NCBI GenBank assembly: GCA_965200315.1
Contig: OZ241362.1
Coordinates: 4,544,001 to 4,608,000, forward strand
Reading direction: 5' to 3'
Length of the DNA: 64,000 nucleotides
Source of the DNA: Candidatus Latescibacterota bacterium
Lineage (GTDB): Bacteria; Latescibacterota; UBA2968; UBA8231
The notes beneath the pieces are model-generated. The model did no database searches. It had not been told where the DNA came from and was given only the letters and a program-made list of their open reading frames with translations. Shown here piece after piece: positions 20,534-29,454 of the stretch. The translations under genes were made by a program, and so were the position numbers. Each line of letters starts with the position of its first letter. The first letter of the stretch is position 1.

Positions 20534-22005
20534 AGGCAATTATAGTTATGTTCGACTCGCTCAACCGTCACATGTTGCCGCCCTACGGCTGCGATTGGAC
20601 GCACGCGCCCAATTTCCAGCGGCTCGCCGAGCGGTCGCTCACTTTCGACACCAGCTACGTCTGCTCCATGCCGTGCATGCCAGCCCGCCGCGACTTGCAC
20701 ACCGGGCGGCCCAACTTTCTCCACCGCTCTTGGGGGCCGCTGGAGCCTTTTGACGACTCTGTGCCGCGGATGCTGCGCGACTCTGGAGTTTCGTCGCACC
20801 TCATCAGCGACCACTACCACTACTGGGAGGCCGGCGGGGCCACCTACCACACCCAGTACAGCACTTGGCAGTTCTTCCGCGGCCAAGAGGGCGATCCGTG
20901 GATCGGACAGGTGGCCGATCCGCCGCCCGTAGAGGCGTACGCGAGCAATGCGGGCCGCAGCGCATGGCATCGCCAAGACCACGTCAACCGGCAATACATG
21001 CGCCGCGAGGAAGACCAACCCCAAGCGCAGACCTTTGAGGCCGGCGTCGAATTCATCCGTCGCAACCACGCAGAAGACAACTGGTTTTTGCAGATAGAAA
21101 CCTTTGATCCGCACGAGCCGTTTTTCACCCAACGCCAATACCAAGACCTCTACCCAGCGCTTTTTAAGAACCGCTCGTCCGTGCTGTTCGACTGGCCGAC
21201 CTACGGCCCGGTGACCGAAGAGCAAGCCCTCGTCGATCAATGCCGGGGCCACTACGCATCGCTGCTGAGTATGTGCGACGCCCGCCTTGGCGACATCCTC
21301 GACGAGATGGATCGCCTCTCGCTGTGGGACGACACCATGCTCGTGGTGTGGACCGACCACGGCTTCCTGCTCAGCGAGCACGACCTGTGGGCCAAGGTGC
21401 AGATGCCTTGGTACCGCGAGCTGTCCAACACGCCGTTCTTCGTTTGGGATCCGCGCTGCGGCCAAGCGGGCCAGCGGCGTCAGAGCTTGGTACAACCGTC
21501 GATCGACTTAGGGCCGACCTTGCTGGACCTCTTCGGAATGGAGCCGACCTCAGACATGCTGGGCCAGAGCCTGCGCCAAGTCTGCGCCAGCGACACACCC
21601 ATGCGCGAGGCCGCGATTTTCGGCAACCACGGCGGGCAGGTGAATGTCACCGATGGCCGCTACGTGTACATGCGCGCGCCCACCCAGCCCGACAACCAGC
21701 CCCTGTACAACTACACGCTCATGCCCACGCACATGCGCGACCTATTCTCAGTCGATGAATTCGCCAACGTGGAGCTGGCCGAGCCGTTTGGTTTTAGCAA
21801 GGGCTGTCGGCTGCTGCGGACGCAAGGACACACGCGGAGCAAGCAGCACGAATACGGGACTCTGCTCTTTGACCTAGAGCAAGACCCGCGCCAAGAAAAC
21901 CCGCTCTCTGACGCGGCGTTGGAGCAGCGAATGCAGGGGCTGTTGCGTGCGCAGATGGAAGCATGCGAAGCTCCGCCAGAGCAATACGAACGCTTGGGAA
22001 TCTAA
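20530..22005 (+). CDS. Sulfatase (formylglycine-dependent, Cys type)
   Basis: FDSLNR, CMPAR, FDPHEP, TDHG. Confidence 0.9.
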   Translation: MKAIIVMFDSLNRHMLPPYGCDWTHAPNFQRLAERSLTFDTSYVCSMPCMPARRDLHTGRPNFLHRSWGPLEPFDDSVPRMLRDSGVSSHLISDHYHYWEAGGATYHTQYSTWQFFRGQEGDPWIGQVADPPPVEAYASNAGRSAWHRQDHVNRQYMRREEDQPQAQTFEAGVEFIRRNHAEDNWFLQIETFDPHEPFFTQRQYQDLYPALFKNRSSVLFDWPTYGPVTEEQALVDQCRGHYASLLSMCDARLGDILDEMDRLSLWDDTMLVVWTDHGFLLSEHDLWAKVQMPWYRELSNTPFFVWDPRCGQAGQRRQSLVQPSIDLGPTLLDLFGMEPTSDMLGQSLRQVCASDTPMREAAIFGNHGGQVNVTDGRYVYMRAPTQPDNQPLYNYTLMPTHMRDLFSVDEFANVELAEPFGFSKGCRLLRTQGHTRSKQHEYGTLLFDLEQDPRQENPLSDAALEQRMQGLLRAQMEACEAPPEQYERLGI

Positions 22006-22019
22006 TACAGGAGAACACT

Positions 22020-23921
22020 ATGCAGAGTCCGGCGCAAAAAGCCATCGTCATCGGCATGGACGGAGCTGCCATGGAGTTGGTGCAACACATGGTGGATCAA
22101 GGGCACATGCCCCACTTGGGGCAACTCATGGCGCGGGGTGTCAAGCGGCCCATGATCGGCGTCTTTCCCACCCTGACGCCACCCGGCTGGACGGCCACTT
22201 CGACCGGGGCTTGGGCGGGGACCCATCAGGTCATGGACTTCAATATCCGCAAGCTCGGCGGGCGTCTCGACGAGACCGTGTGGGGCATCAACACCGCGCT
22301 TTCGCAGGCCGAGTATATGTGGAACACGGTCGAGCGGGCGGGCAAAAAGCCGATCTTGGTCAAGTGGGAGATGTCTTGGCCGCCGACCGTGCAAACCGGC
22401 ATCCAAGTTGAGGGCACCGGCCCGGGCGTGTCCAATGTACACCAGATCACCGGCTACCATCTCTTTGTCGGTGGCGGCTGGACGCCCCGGCCAATCGGCG
22501 GGCCGCGCGACCCGGAGACGTTGGACCCGAGCGCCTTGCAAAAGGTGCGCAACGTCGATCCAGTGGAGATCGTCCCAGCCGAGGGATGGCAGGATGCGCC
22601 CGCATCCTCGCTGCCGCCCAAAGAAGTGGCCCTAGTCATCGAGCCACTCAAGCGCGGGCGGGCGGATATGCTCCGACAAGGCCGAGAAGGGACGCCAAAG
22701 CATTTCTACGGCCTGATATACGCTTCATCCGACAAGGGCTACGACCGGCTGCTAATCTGCCGCAGCCGCGCTGCGGGTGATCGAGTCGCCGAGCTGGCGG
22801 TGGGCCAATGGACCGAGTGGTGGAAGGACCGCTTTGAAATTGACGGCCAAACGCTTGACGGCTACGTGCGCATGAAGCTCGTCAGCCTGAGCGCAGCAGG
22901 CGATGTGTTTGAGCTCTTTGTACCCCAAGTCTGGCCGGCGACCGGCTATACGCAGCCGGCGGAAGTGGCGCAGCAGATTGACGAACACGTCGGCAATTTC
23001 TTGCAGAATCCGGCACGGGACGCTTTGGGCGTAGTCGATGACGACACCTATTTCGAGCTGTTGGACTTCCACCACCAGCGGTTGGCCGATGTCGCTTCTT
23101 ACCTAACCGAGAGCAACGACTGGGACGTGCTGTTCATCGAGACCCACGCCTCGGATTACACCAGCCACTTCTTCCTCTCGCAAGCCGACGAGTGCAGCGG
23201 GGCCGACGCGCACACGCTAGCGCGTTGTCAAGCGGGCGTAGCCGAGACCTACGCCTCCATAGACCGCATGATCGGCCGCGTCGTCGCGCTAGCCGACGAC
23301 GACACCGTCGTCGCAATCGTCTCCGATCACGGCGGCACCCCCAACCAACACCGGCCGGTCGATATCGCCGAGGTGTTGCAACAGACGGGCTTTTTGGTCT
23401 ATGCAGACGCAGCCAAAAAGCAGATCGACTGGCAGCAGACGCGGGCGGCCAATGTGGGGCTGGTCCACATCTTCGTCAATCTCAAGGGACGCGAGCCTAC
23501 GGGGATCGTCGATCCTAGCGACTACGAGCAAACGCGGCTCGACCTCATCGAAGCCCTCCACGCCTATCGCCATCCCCAGACCGGACGCGCTCCCTTTGCC
23601 CTCGCCCTGACGCGGGAAGACGCGGAGATGGTCAACCTGTCCGGCGAACTCGTTGGCGACGTGGTCTATGCGCTGCGGCCCGAATACGATGGCGCACACG
23701 GCAAGCAACTCCCCTCGGCTACCCTCGGCATCGGCGGGCAGCACTGCACATTCGTGCTGGCTGGCGCCGGCGTAAAGCAAGGGCTGGCACTCGAGCGGCA
23801 GGTGCGGGCGGTGGATGTCGCACCGACGCTGTGCTATTTGTTGGGCATCCCCATGCCCGCGCAGGTGGAGGGCGGCGTGATTTACGAGGCGCTCGAAGAC
23901 GCGGACTGGCATCTGCGATGA
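22020..23921 (+). CDS. Alkaline phosphatase superfamily (phosphodiesterase/NPP-like) protein
   Basis: IGMDGA, PTLTPPGWT, VSDHG, DVAPT. ATG 22020 follows an aggaga RBS. Confidence 0.85.
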   Translation: MQSPAQKAIVIGMDGAAMELVQHMVDQGHMPHLGQLMARGVKRPMIGVFPTLTPPGWTATSTGAWAGTHQVMDFNIRKLGGRLDETVWGINTALSQAEYMWNTVERAGKKPILVKWEMSWPPTVQTGIQVEGTGPGVSNVHQITGYHLFVGGGWTPRPIGGPRDPETLDPSALQKVRNVDPVEIVPAEGWQDAPASSLPPKEVALVIEPLKRGRADMLRQGREGTPKHFYGLIYASSDKGYDRLLICRSRAAGDRVAELAVGQWTEWWKDRFEIDGQTLDGYVRMKLVSLSAAGDVFELFVPQVWPATGYTQPAEVAQQIDEHVGNFLQNPARDALGVVDDDTYFELLDFHHQRLADVASYLTESNDWDVLFIETHASDYTSHFFLSQADECSGADAHTLARCQAGVAETYASIDRMIGRVVALADDDTVVAIVSDHGGTPNQHRPVDIAEVLQQTGFLVYADAAKKQIDWQQTRAANVGLVHIFVNLKGREPTGIVDPSDYEQTRLDLIEALHAYRHPQTGRAPFALALTREDAEMVNLSGELVGDVVYALRPEYDGAHGKQLPSATLGIGGQHCTFVLAGAGVKQGLALERQVRAVDVAPTLCYLLGIPMPAQVEGGVIYEALEDADWHLR

Positions 23922-24063
23922 AAGCAGCCTACTACTGCGGCGGCCGCACGGTCGAAATCGGCGCGTGCCGCATACAATCCCCTAGCACCGGCGAGGTGCG
24001 GATCGAAGTGGCCTATTGCGGGGTGTGCGGCACGGATATCCACATTAAACCGGAGAGATAGAC

Positions 24064-24327
24064 ATGAATACGAAGAGGAGAAAAGGATTCGGGGGCTTGG
24101 GAATCGGATTTTGGAGCGTAGGCTTCGTCTTGATAGCGTGGGGTGTTACCGAGGGGCCGGGGTGGACGAGTGATACGGGTTTTTCAATATGGATGCTCCT
24201 AAGCCTTTGGGCCTTGTGGGGCTTCGCCTCTAACAGAAAAGGGGAAAATTGGAACACAAAATACGAAGCGAGAAAAAAGGCCCAACAGAAGGCCCGAGAG
24301 AAGAATAAGAGAGTAGGCCTAAAATAG
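24064..24327 (+). CDS. Small orphan membrane protein (2 TM helices, basic C-tail)
   Basis: 87 aa, ggagag RBS, own terminator, lower GC than flanks. Confidence 0.6.
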   Translation: MNTKRRKGFGGLGIGFWSVGFVLIAWGVTEGPGWTSDTGFSIWMLLSLWALWGFASNRKGENWNTKYEARKKAQQKAREKNKRVGLK

Positions 24328-24348
24328 CAGTGGACCGCGGCAAAACGA

Positions 24349-24390
24349 AAAAGGGACGCGCCGGCATTTACGCCGGCGCGTCCACTTTTT
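24349..24390 (+). terminator. Intrinsic terminator
   Basis: ggacgcgccggc-atttac-gccggcgcgtcc followed by acttttt; A-run upstream suggests it may be bidirectional. Confidence 0.8.
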
Positions 24391-24452
24391 GGGGAGCTGA
24401 CAGCGGGCACGGACGCGGTCAAAAATTTTAATCGACACTCAAGGAACATAGC

Positions 24453-25220
24453 ATGAACATCCTAGATCTTTTCAAGCTCGACGGCCAGACGGCGCTGGTC
24501 ACTGGGTGCCGCCGCGGCATCGGGCGCGGGTTCGCGCAAGCATTGGCCGAGGCCGGAGCGGATATCGTCGGCGTCAGTGCCTCACTTGAAGCAGATTCCA
24601 AAGTCGGCCAAGACATTGCCGACCTCGGCAAGCGCTTCACAGGATACGCCTGCGATTTCAGCGACCGGTCGGCCGTTCGCGCTTTCGTCGAGCAAGTCAA
24701 CGCCGAAGTTGGCCCAATCGACATCCTCATCAACAACGCCGGGACCATTCGGCGCGCTCCGGCTGAAGAACATGAAGACGACGACTGGGACCACGTCATT
24801 GAGGTCAACTTAAACGCCCAGTTCGTGCTGGCGCGGGAATTCGGCAAGCAGATGCTCTCTCGCGGCGCGGGCAAGATCGTCTTCACCGCTTCGGTGCTGA
24901 CCTTCCAAGGCGGGATCACCGTGCCGGGCTACGCCGCGGCCAAGGGCGGGATCGGGCAGTTGACCATGGCGCTGGCCAATGAGTGGGCCGGTCGCGGGGT
25001 CAACGTCAATGCCATTGCCCCCGGCTATATCGCCACCGACAACAATCAGGCCCTGCGCGACGATCGAGTGCGCAACGAGCAGCTACTGGTGAGAATCCCA
25101 GCGGGCCGGTGGGGTGCGCCAGACGACCTAAAGGGCGCGGTGGTGTGGCTGTCGTCGCGGGCGGCTGACTATGTGCATGGGGCTATCGTGATCGTCGATG
25201 GCGGGTGGATGGGGCGGTAG
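24453..25220 (+). CDS. kduD: 2-dehydro-3-deoxy-D-gluconate 5-dehydrogenase-like SDR
   Basis: TGCRRGIG, NNAGTIRR, FQGGITVPGYAAAKGG, DGGWMGR. Confidence 0.82.
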   Translation: MNILDLFKLDGQTALVTGCRRGIGRGFAQALAEAGADIVGVSASLEADSKVGQDIADLGKRFTGYACDFSDRSAVRAFVEQVNAEVGPIDILINNAGTIRRAPAEEHEDDDWDHVIEVNLNAQFVLAREFGKQMLSRGAGKIVFTASVLTFQGGITVPGYAAAKGGIGQLTMALANEWAGRGVNVNAIAPGYIATDNNQALRDDRVRNEQLLVRIPAGRWGAPDDLKGAVVWLSSRAADYVHGAIVIVDGGWMGR

Positions 25221-25222
25221 TT

Positions 25223-25412
25223 GTGGAAACGTCCGACATTTTGGCATTCTGGGGCAAGACGCTGCGTGGTTGCGGAAATTCTTCGGAGACCGCAGACGGG
25301 CAACCTAGCTACAAGCCCGTCTTACATCATTTAATGGATGTCGCCGCCGTTGCCCTGCGATGGCAGCAATTGAATCCTGCCCGTCTTGAGCGCGAGGCCA
25401 GTGTGCTTGGCC
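25223..25412 (+). pseudogene. cas3: Type I-E Cas3 HD-domain N-terminal fragment
   Basis: METSDILAFWGK...SYKPVLHHLMDVAAVA matches the WGK..HLLDVAAVA start of I-E Cas3; ends ~20 nt before I-E repeats. Confidence 0.75.
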
Positions 25413-25430
25413 AAGCTCGCGTCTTTACTT

Positions 25431-25569
25431 GTGTTCCCCGCACACGCGGGGATGAACCGGTTTCAAACTCAAATCCTGCGTCATTGGCAGCGTGTTCCCC
25501 GCACACGCGGGGATGAACCGGGCACGGTCAAACTCGGTGTCCGTCAGGTCCTGTGTTCCCCGCACACGC
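25431..25569 (+). CRISPR. Truncated type I-E CRISPR array: 2 full repeats, 1 partial repeat, 2 spacers
   Basis: 29-nt GTGTTCCCCGCACACGCGGGGATGAACCG at 25431 and 25492, 17-nt partial at 25553; both spacers are 32 nt. Confidence 0.93.
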
Positions 25570-25700
25570 CGTTGGGCGTGAGCAACCAACGTTTGATCGG
25601 GTTTTGATTTTGGGCACTAAACGGCCATTTCGATCTAAAAATATCTTGTAAAAACAAAAAGTTACGGCTATTTTCAAACGGTTGTTCGAGATTTGATTTC
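25568..25700 (+). repeat. Conserved non-coding direct repeat, copy A
   Basis: Shares gtttgatcgggttttgatt, taaaaatatcttgtaaaaacaa.aagtta and ttg..cgag.tttgatt with 27229-27364. Confidence 0.85.
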
Positions 25701-25780
25701 CGTACAGCAAGAAGAATATCCATGAGCAACATGGCGCAATCCGGCCACACCGCCCACCAGACAGAATCGCAGACAAACCA

Positions 25781-27244
25781 ATGAACGGCCCCCGCATCCT
25801 CGCGCTGATCGACGACCTGCTAGCCGCCCCTGCCGAGACCTCTTGTGTCGAGTTCAAGGAGAACAACTTTGCGCCCGCTGCGATTGGCAAATACATCTCG
25901 GCTCTCGCCAATGCCGCTGCGCTGGCAGAGCGAGATTTCGCCTATCTGCTCTGGGGGGTGCGGGATTCCGACCGCGCCATAACCGGTACGCGCTTTGAAC
26001 CGGATGCGGTCAAACACCAAGGCCAACCGCTGGCATTTTGGCTGACGCAGCGGCTCAACCCGGATGTCGCGTTCCGGTTTCAGGTTGTGGAGCATCCGCA
26101 AGGCCGGCTGGTTTTGCTCGAGATTCCCGCCGCAACCACTAGTCCGGTGGAGTTCGACCGCACGGCATATTGCCGAATCGGCTCGGCAACGCCGCGCCTG
26201 TCCGATTATCCCGACCGCCAGAAAGCACTCTGGAGCAAACTCCAGCCTTATCTCTGGGAAAGCGGCATCGCCGCACCGTTTCTCACCGACGATGCCGTGC
26301 TGGCCCGCATTGACTGTGCGAGCTATTTCGAGCTTATGGAGCAACCTCTGCCCGTCAATCCGCGAGGTATTCTGGAGCGATTGAGCCAAGACCAAATAAT
26401 CGCCCCGGATGTCGGTGGCCGCTGGAATATCACCAATCTGGGCGCGATTCTGTTTGCCAAGCGCCTCAATGAGTTCGATTCGCGGATTGCGCGTAAGGCG
26501 GTGCGCTTCACGGCCTACGCTGGAAAGGGCCGTGCGGATACAGTAACTCACCGGCACGACGAACCCCGCGGTTATGCCGTTGGCTTTGCGAGGATTGTCG
26601 ATTATATCGACCGGCTGTTGCCGCGCAACGAGCAAATCGACCGAGTCTTTCGCATTGAGCAACCGCTGTTTCCGCCAGTTGCCCTCCGCGAGTTGGTTGC
26701 CAATGCGCTCATTCACCAAGACATGACCATTACCGGGGCCGGGCCGTCCATTGAGCTCTTCAGCAACCGGCTGGAGATCACCAATCCGGGCAAGCCTCTA
26801 GTTAGCCCCAACCGCTTTATTGACTCTCCGCCGCGCTCGCGGAACGAAGCACTTGCCGCATTCATGCGACGCATGAAGTTGTGCGAGGAGCAAGGCACAG
26901 GTATCGACAAGGTCGTGGCAGCGGTGGAGGTCTATCAATTGCCACCACCGGATTTTCGCGTACAGGAAGGTGGGATAGAGGCGACAAGTGCGGTTCTTTT
27001 TGCGCCGCGCCGGTTTGCGGCAATGACGGTTGAAGAGCGCGTCCGGGCGTGCTATCAGCACGCCGTGTTGAAGTTCGTGAATGGAGAATTGATGAAAAAC
27101 AGCAGCCTGCGAGCGCGTTTAGGCATAGATACGCGAAATGCCGCACAAGTGTCGCAGGTAATCCGGCGAGCGCGAGACCAGCAACTTATCAAAGTCGCCG
27201 ATCCCGAACGCCCACAATCGGGCTACGTGCCGTTTTGGGCATGA
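25781..27244 (+). CDS. Schlafen/AlbA_2 + HATPase_c_4 (RecG-C-like) ATP-binding protein with C-terminal HTH
   Basis: VEFKEN..YISALAN..LLWGV, ALRELVANALIHQD, LEITNPG, SRNEALA..CEEQGTGIDK, YVPFWA. Confidence 0.88.
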   Translation: MNGPRILALIDDLLAAPAETSCVEFKENNFAPAAIGKYISALANAAALAERDFAYLLWGVRDSDRAITGTRFEPDAVKHQGQPLAFWLTQRLNPDVAFRFQVVEHPQGRLVLLEIPAATTSPVEFDRTAYCRIGSATPRLSDYPDRQKALWSKLQPYLWESGIAAPFLTDDAVLARIDCASYFELMEQPLPVNPRGILERLSQDQIIAPDVGGRWNITNLGAILFAKRLNEFDSRIARKAVRFTAYAGKGRADTVTHRHDEPRGYAVGFARIVDYIDRLLPRNEQIDRVFRIEQPLFPPVALRELVANALIHQDMTITGAGPSIELFSNRLEITNPGKPLVSPNRFIDSPPRSRNEALAAFMRRMKLCEEQGTGIDKVVAAVEVYQLPPPDFRVQEGGIEATSAVLFAPRRFAAMTVEERVRACYQHAVLKFVNGELMKNSSLRARLGIDTRNAAQVSQVIRRARDQQLIKVADPERPQSGYVPFWA

Positions 27245-27364
27245 GCGGCCCAAGTTTGATCGGGTTTTGATTCTGAGCGCGAAGCGGAGGTTATGGGTGT
27301 TAAAAATATCTTGTAAAAACAATAAGTTATAACTTTGCTCAAAGTTTGACCGAGGTTTGATTCC
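27229..27364 (+). repeat. Conserved non-coding direct repeat, copy B
   Basis: Same blocks as copy A; begins in the last codons of the Schlafen gene. Confidence 0.85.
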
Positions 27365-27386
27365 ACCTTTTACACGAGGATATCTC

Positions 27387-28382
27387 ATGATCCGCATGGC
27401 GCAATACGGCACCAAGCACGGTCACGCGGCCGGCAAACTCAAGGCCATGCTCAGCAACCCCGAGGTCGAAGTCGTCGGCCTGTACGAACCCGACGCCGAG
27501 CGCCGCCGGCAACTTGCCGACGACGAACTCTATCGGCAGGTCCGCTTCTTAGACAGTGAGGAGGAACTGCTCGGCGATAGGTCCATTGTCGCGGTTGCCT
27601 CTGAGGGCCGCAACGACGAGAGCTTGGACCAGACCGAGCGCATCGTCCAAGCCGGCAAACACGTGTGGTACGACAAGCCGGCTGGAGACGATTGGGCGCA
27701 GTGGCAACGGGTCGTAGCAGAGGCGCGGGCTGCCGATCTGCAAGTGCAAATGGGCTTTATGCTGCGCTACCATCCCGGCTTCAGCCAAGTCGCACAGTGG
27801 GCGCGGTCAGGGTTTTTGGGCAACGTCTATTCGGTGCGCGCCCACATGTCCACCAACATCACGGCGGCCGGGCGCGAAGTAATCGCCGCCGGGCACCACG
27901 GCGGCATCTTCTACGATCTAGCTGGGCACATGCTCGACCAAGTGGTGTGGATTTTGGGGCGGCCCGAGAAGGTGACGGCCTTTCTGCGCAACGACACCGG
28001 CGTCGTGCCCGCGTTTCAGGACAACACGCTCGGGGTTTTTGAATACGAGCGGGCCATGGCTTGGGTCGATATTGCGGCGATGGAGCCGCAGCCAATGGCG
28101 CGGCGTTTTGAGGTCTATGGCGAGCGCGGCAGCGCGATTCTGCTAGAGCCTTTTGAGCCGGGCCACGCCATCCGGCTCTGTCTGACCCAAGCGGCCGACG
28201 GCTATGCGGCGGGCGAGCAGATGGTGCCTTTTGCAGGAATTTCGCGGCAAGGACTCTACGAACTCGAACTGGCGTCCCTTATAAGGGTGCTCAAGGGCGA
28301 ACACGGTCCAGACCGCTCGCTCAGCCACGAACTCCTCGTGCAGGAGACCTTGCTACGCGGGACCGGGCTTATTGCGGGCTGA
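27387..28382 (+). CDS. Gfo/Idh/MocA family oxidoreductase
   Basis: HVWYDKP, MGFMLRY, GGIFYDLAGHMLD. ATG 27387 follows a gagga RBS. Confidence 0.88.
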   Translation: MIRMAQYGTKHGHAAGKLKAMLSNPEVEVVGLYEPDAERRRQLADDELYRQVRFLDSEEELLGDRSIVAVASEGRNDESLDQTERIVQAGKHVWYDKPAGDDWAQWQRVVAEARAADLQVQMGFMLRYHPGFSQVAQWARSGFLGNVYSVRAHMSTNITAAGREVIAAGHHGGIFYDLAGHMLDQVVWILGRPEKVTAFLRNDTGVVPAFQDNTLGVFEYERAMAWVDIAAMEPQPMARRFEVYGERGSAILLEPFEPGHAIRLCLTQAADGYAAGEQMVPFAGISRQGLYELELASLIRVLKGEHGPDRSLSHELLVQETLLRGTGLIAG

Positions 28383-29260
28383 GCCATGCCTCGGCAAGTA
28401 CGCGCTTGATCGGCGGGCTTGCTAGCTGAAAGTTGCGGCCAACCGGGCGCGGATGCGGGAACCACTTCCACAGCAAGGCACCCACGGCGCAAGCGGTGCT
28501 TGGTGCGACTGGTTGTACCCCAGTTCGGTGAAGAGGATGTTGCGGTTGTGTAGCTCGCCAAAGGCCCGCAGCTCCTCCATGCGATCGGCCCAACCAGCGC
28601 GAATATCCTCCTCGTCGTAGTCGGGATCGTCGGTGAGGGGGAAATAAGCCTGGATGCCGATGACGTCGAGAGCGTCCCAGAAGGGCACTTGGCGGTAGTC
28701 GGTCCAATTGGCCGCGTAGGTCAGGGGCGCGTCGGTGCGCTGGCGCACCTCGGCAATGAGTGCGCGCCATTCCTCCTCAAAGCTCAACATGCGGTCGAGC
28801 TCGGTGCCGACGACAAAGCCATCGGCCTTCCGGCAGACAGTGGCCAACAGTGTGATCCACGCCCGATAGTCCCGCCAGAATCGCTGCCAATCCTCAGCGC
28901 GGGTAAAGGCGATTTCGCCCCGCCAAGAAAAGGGCGAGCGCCAATAGGCGATATGGGGTTTGATGTAGATGCTCAACCCCAAGCGGTGGGCCTCGCGGAT
29001 GGGACGGACGATATGAGCGGGCGGGTCGGCCAGATCGATATCCGACCACCGCAGGGTGCCGTCGGCGCGGATGCTGGCGTAGGGATGGATCGCCACCCAG
29101 TTGGCACCGACAGCGCGAATGTCCTCCAAGGTCGGCACGATGGCGTCGGTGCCCCAGTCGCGGCCAATGCCGTGCGTGGAAATGGTGATACCGCGGACCT
29201 CAGTATCGCCGGCCAAGGTCGCTCCGGCGAGCGCGATGACGAGCGCGAAAGCGTTGATAT
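28369..29260 (-). pseudogene. GH113-like (GTA TIM-barrel) glycoside hydrolase with C-terminal internal deletion/frameshift
   Basis: IKPHI, VGTEL, TYAANW, IGIQAYFPL, FTELGY..APW, then frame jump at ~28483 to GALLWKWF..EAWLSPQ*. Start uncertain because of an upstream repeat. Confidence 0.7.
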
Positions 29261-29270
29261 AGCAACTCGT

Positions 29271-29375
29271 TCTGCGCCTATCTGCATCTGTCTGCGGATC
29301 CGACAGTCTTGTGCCTCCTATTCTGCGTCCATCTGCGTCCATCTGCGGATCATATAGCCTTGTACATCCTATTCG
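29271..29375. repeat. Two tandem 51-bp units of the CGCAGAT decamer-family repeat
   Basis: Minus strand aataggatgtacaaggctatatgatccgcagatggacgcagatggacgcag followed by aataggaggcacaagactgtcggatccgcagacagatgcagataggcgcag. Confidence 0.8.
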
Positions 29376-29454
29376 CGGATCATCTTGTGAATGACGTAGG
29401 ATTGCTATAGCATTGGACATAGTAGGGTAAATATACAGAACGGGAGACAAAACC

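Larger units (their letters stand above)
23918..24451 (+). pseudogene. Zn-dependent alcohol/sugar dehydrogenase remnant: N-terminus (23918-24046) and C-terminus (24394-24451) with the middle replaced
   Basis: MKAAYYCGGRTVEIG..GEVRIEVAYCGVCGTDIHI, then foreign DNA, then ELTAGTDAVK(+1)ILIDTQGT* abutting the kduD ATG. Confidence 0.75.

Noticed and set aside
25205-25516. 103-aa ORF as a functional protein
   Set aside because: Chimera of the cas3 fragment and translated CRISPR repeats
25460-25552. Self-targeting spacers
   Set aside because: No match noticed by eye within the window; a genome-wide search is needed
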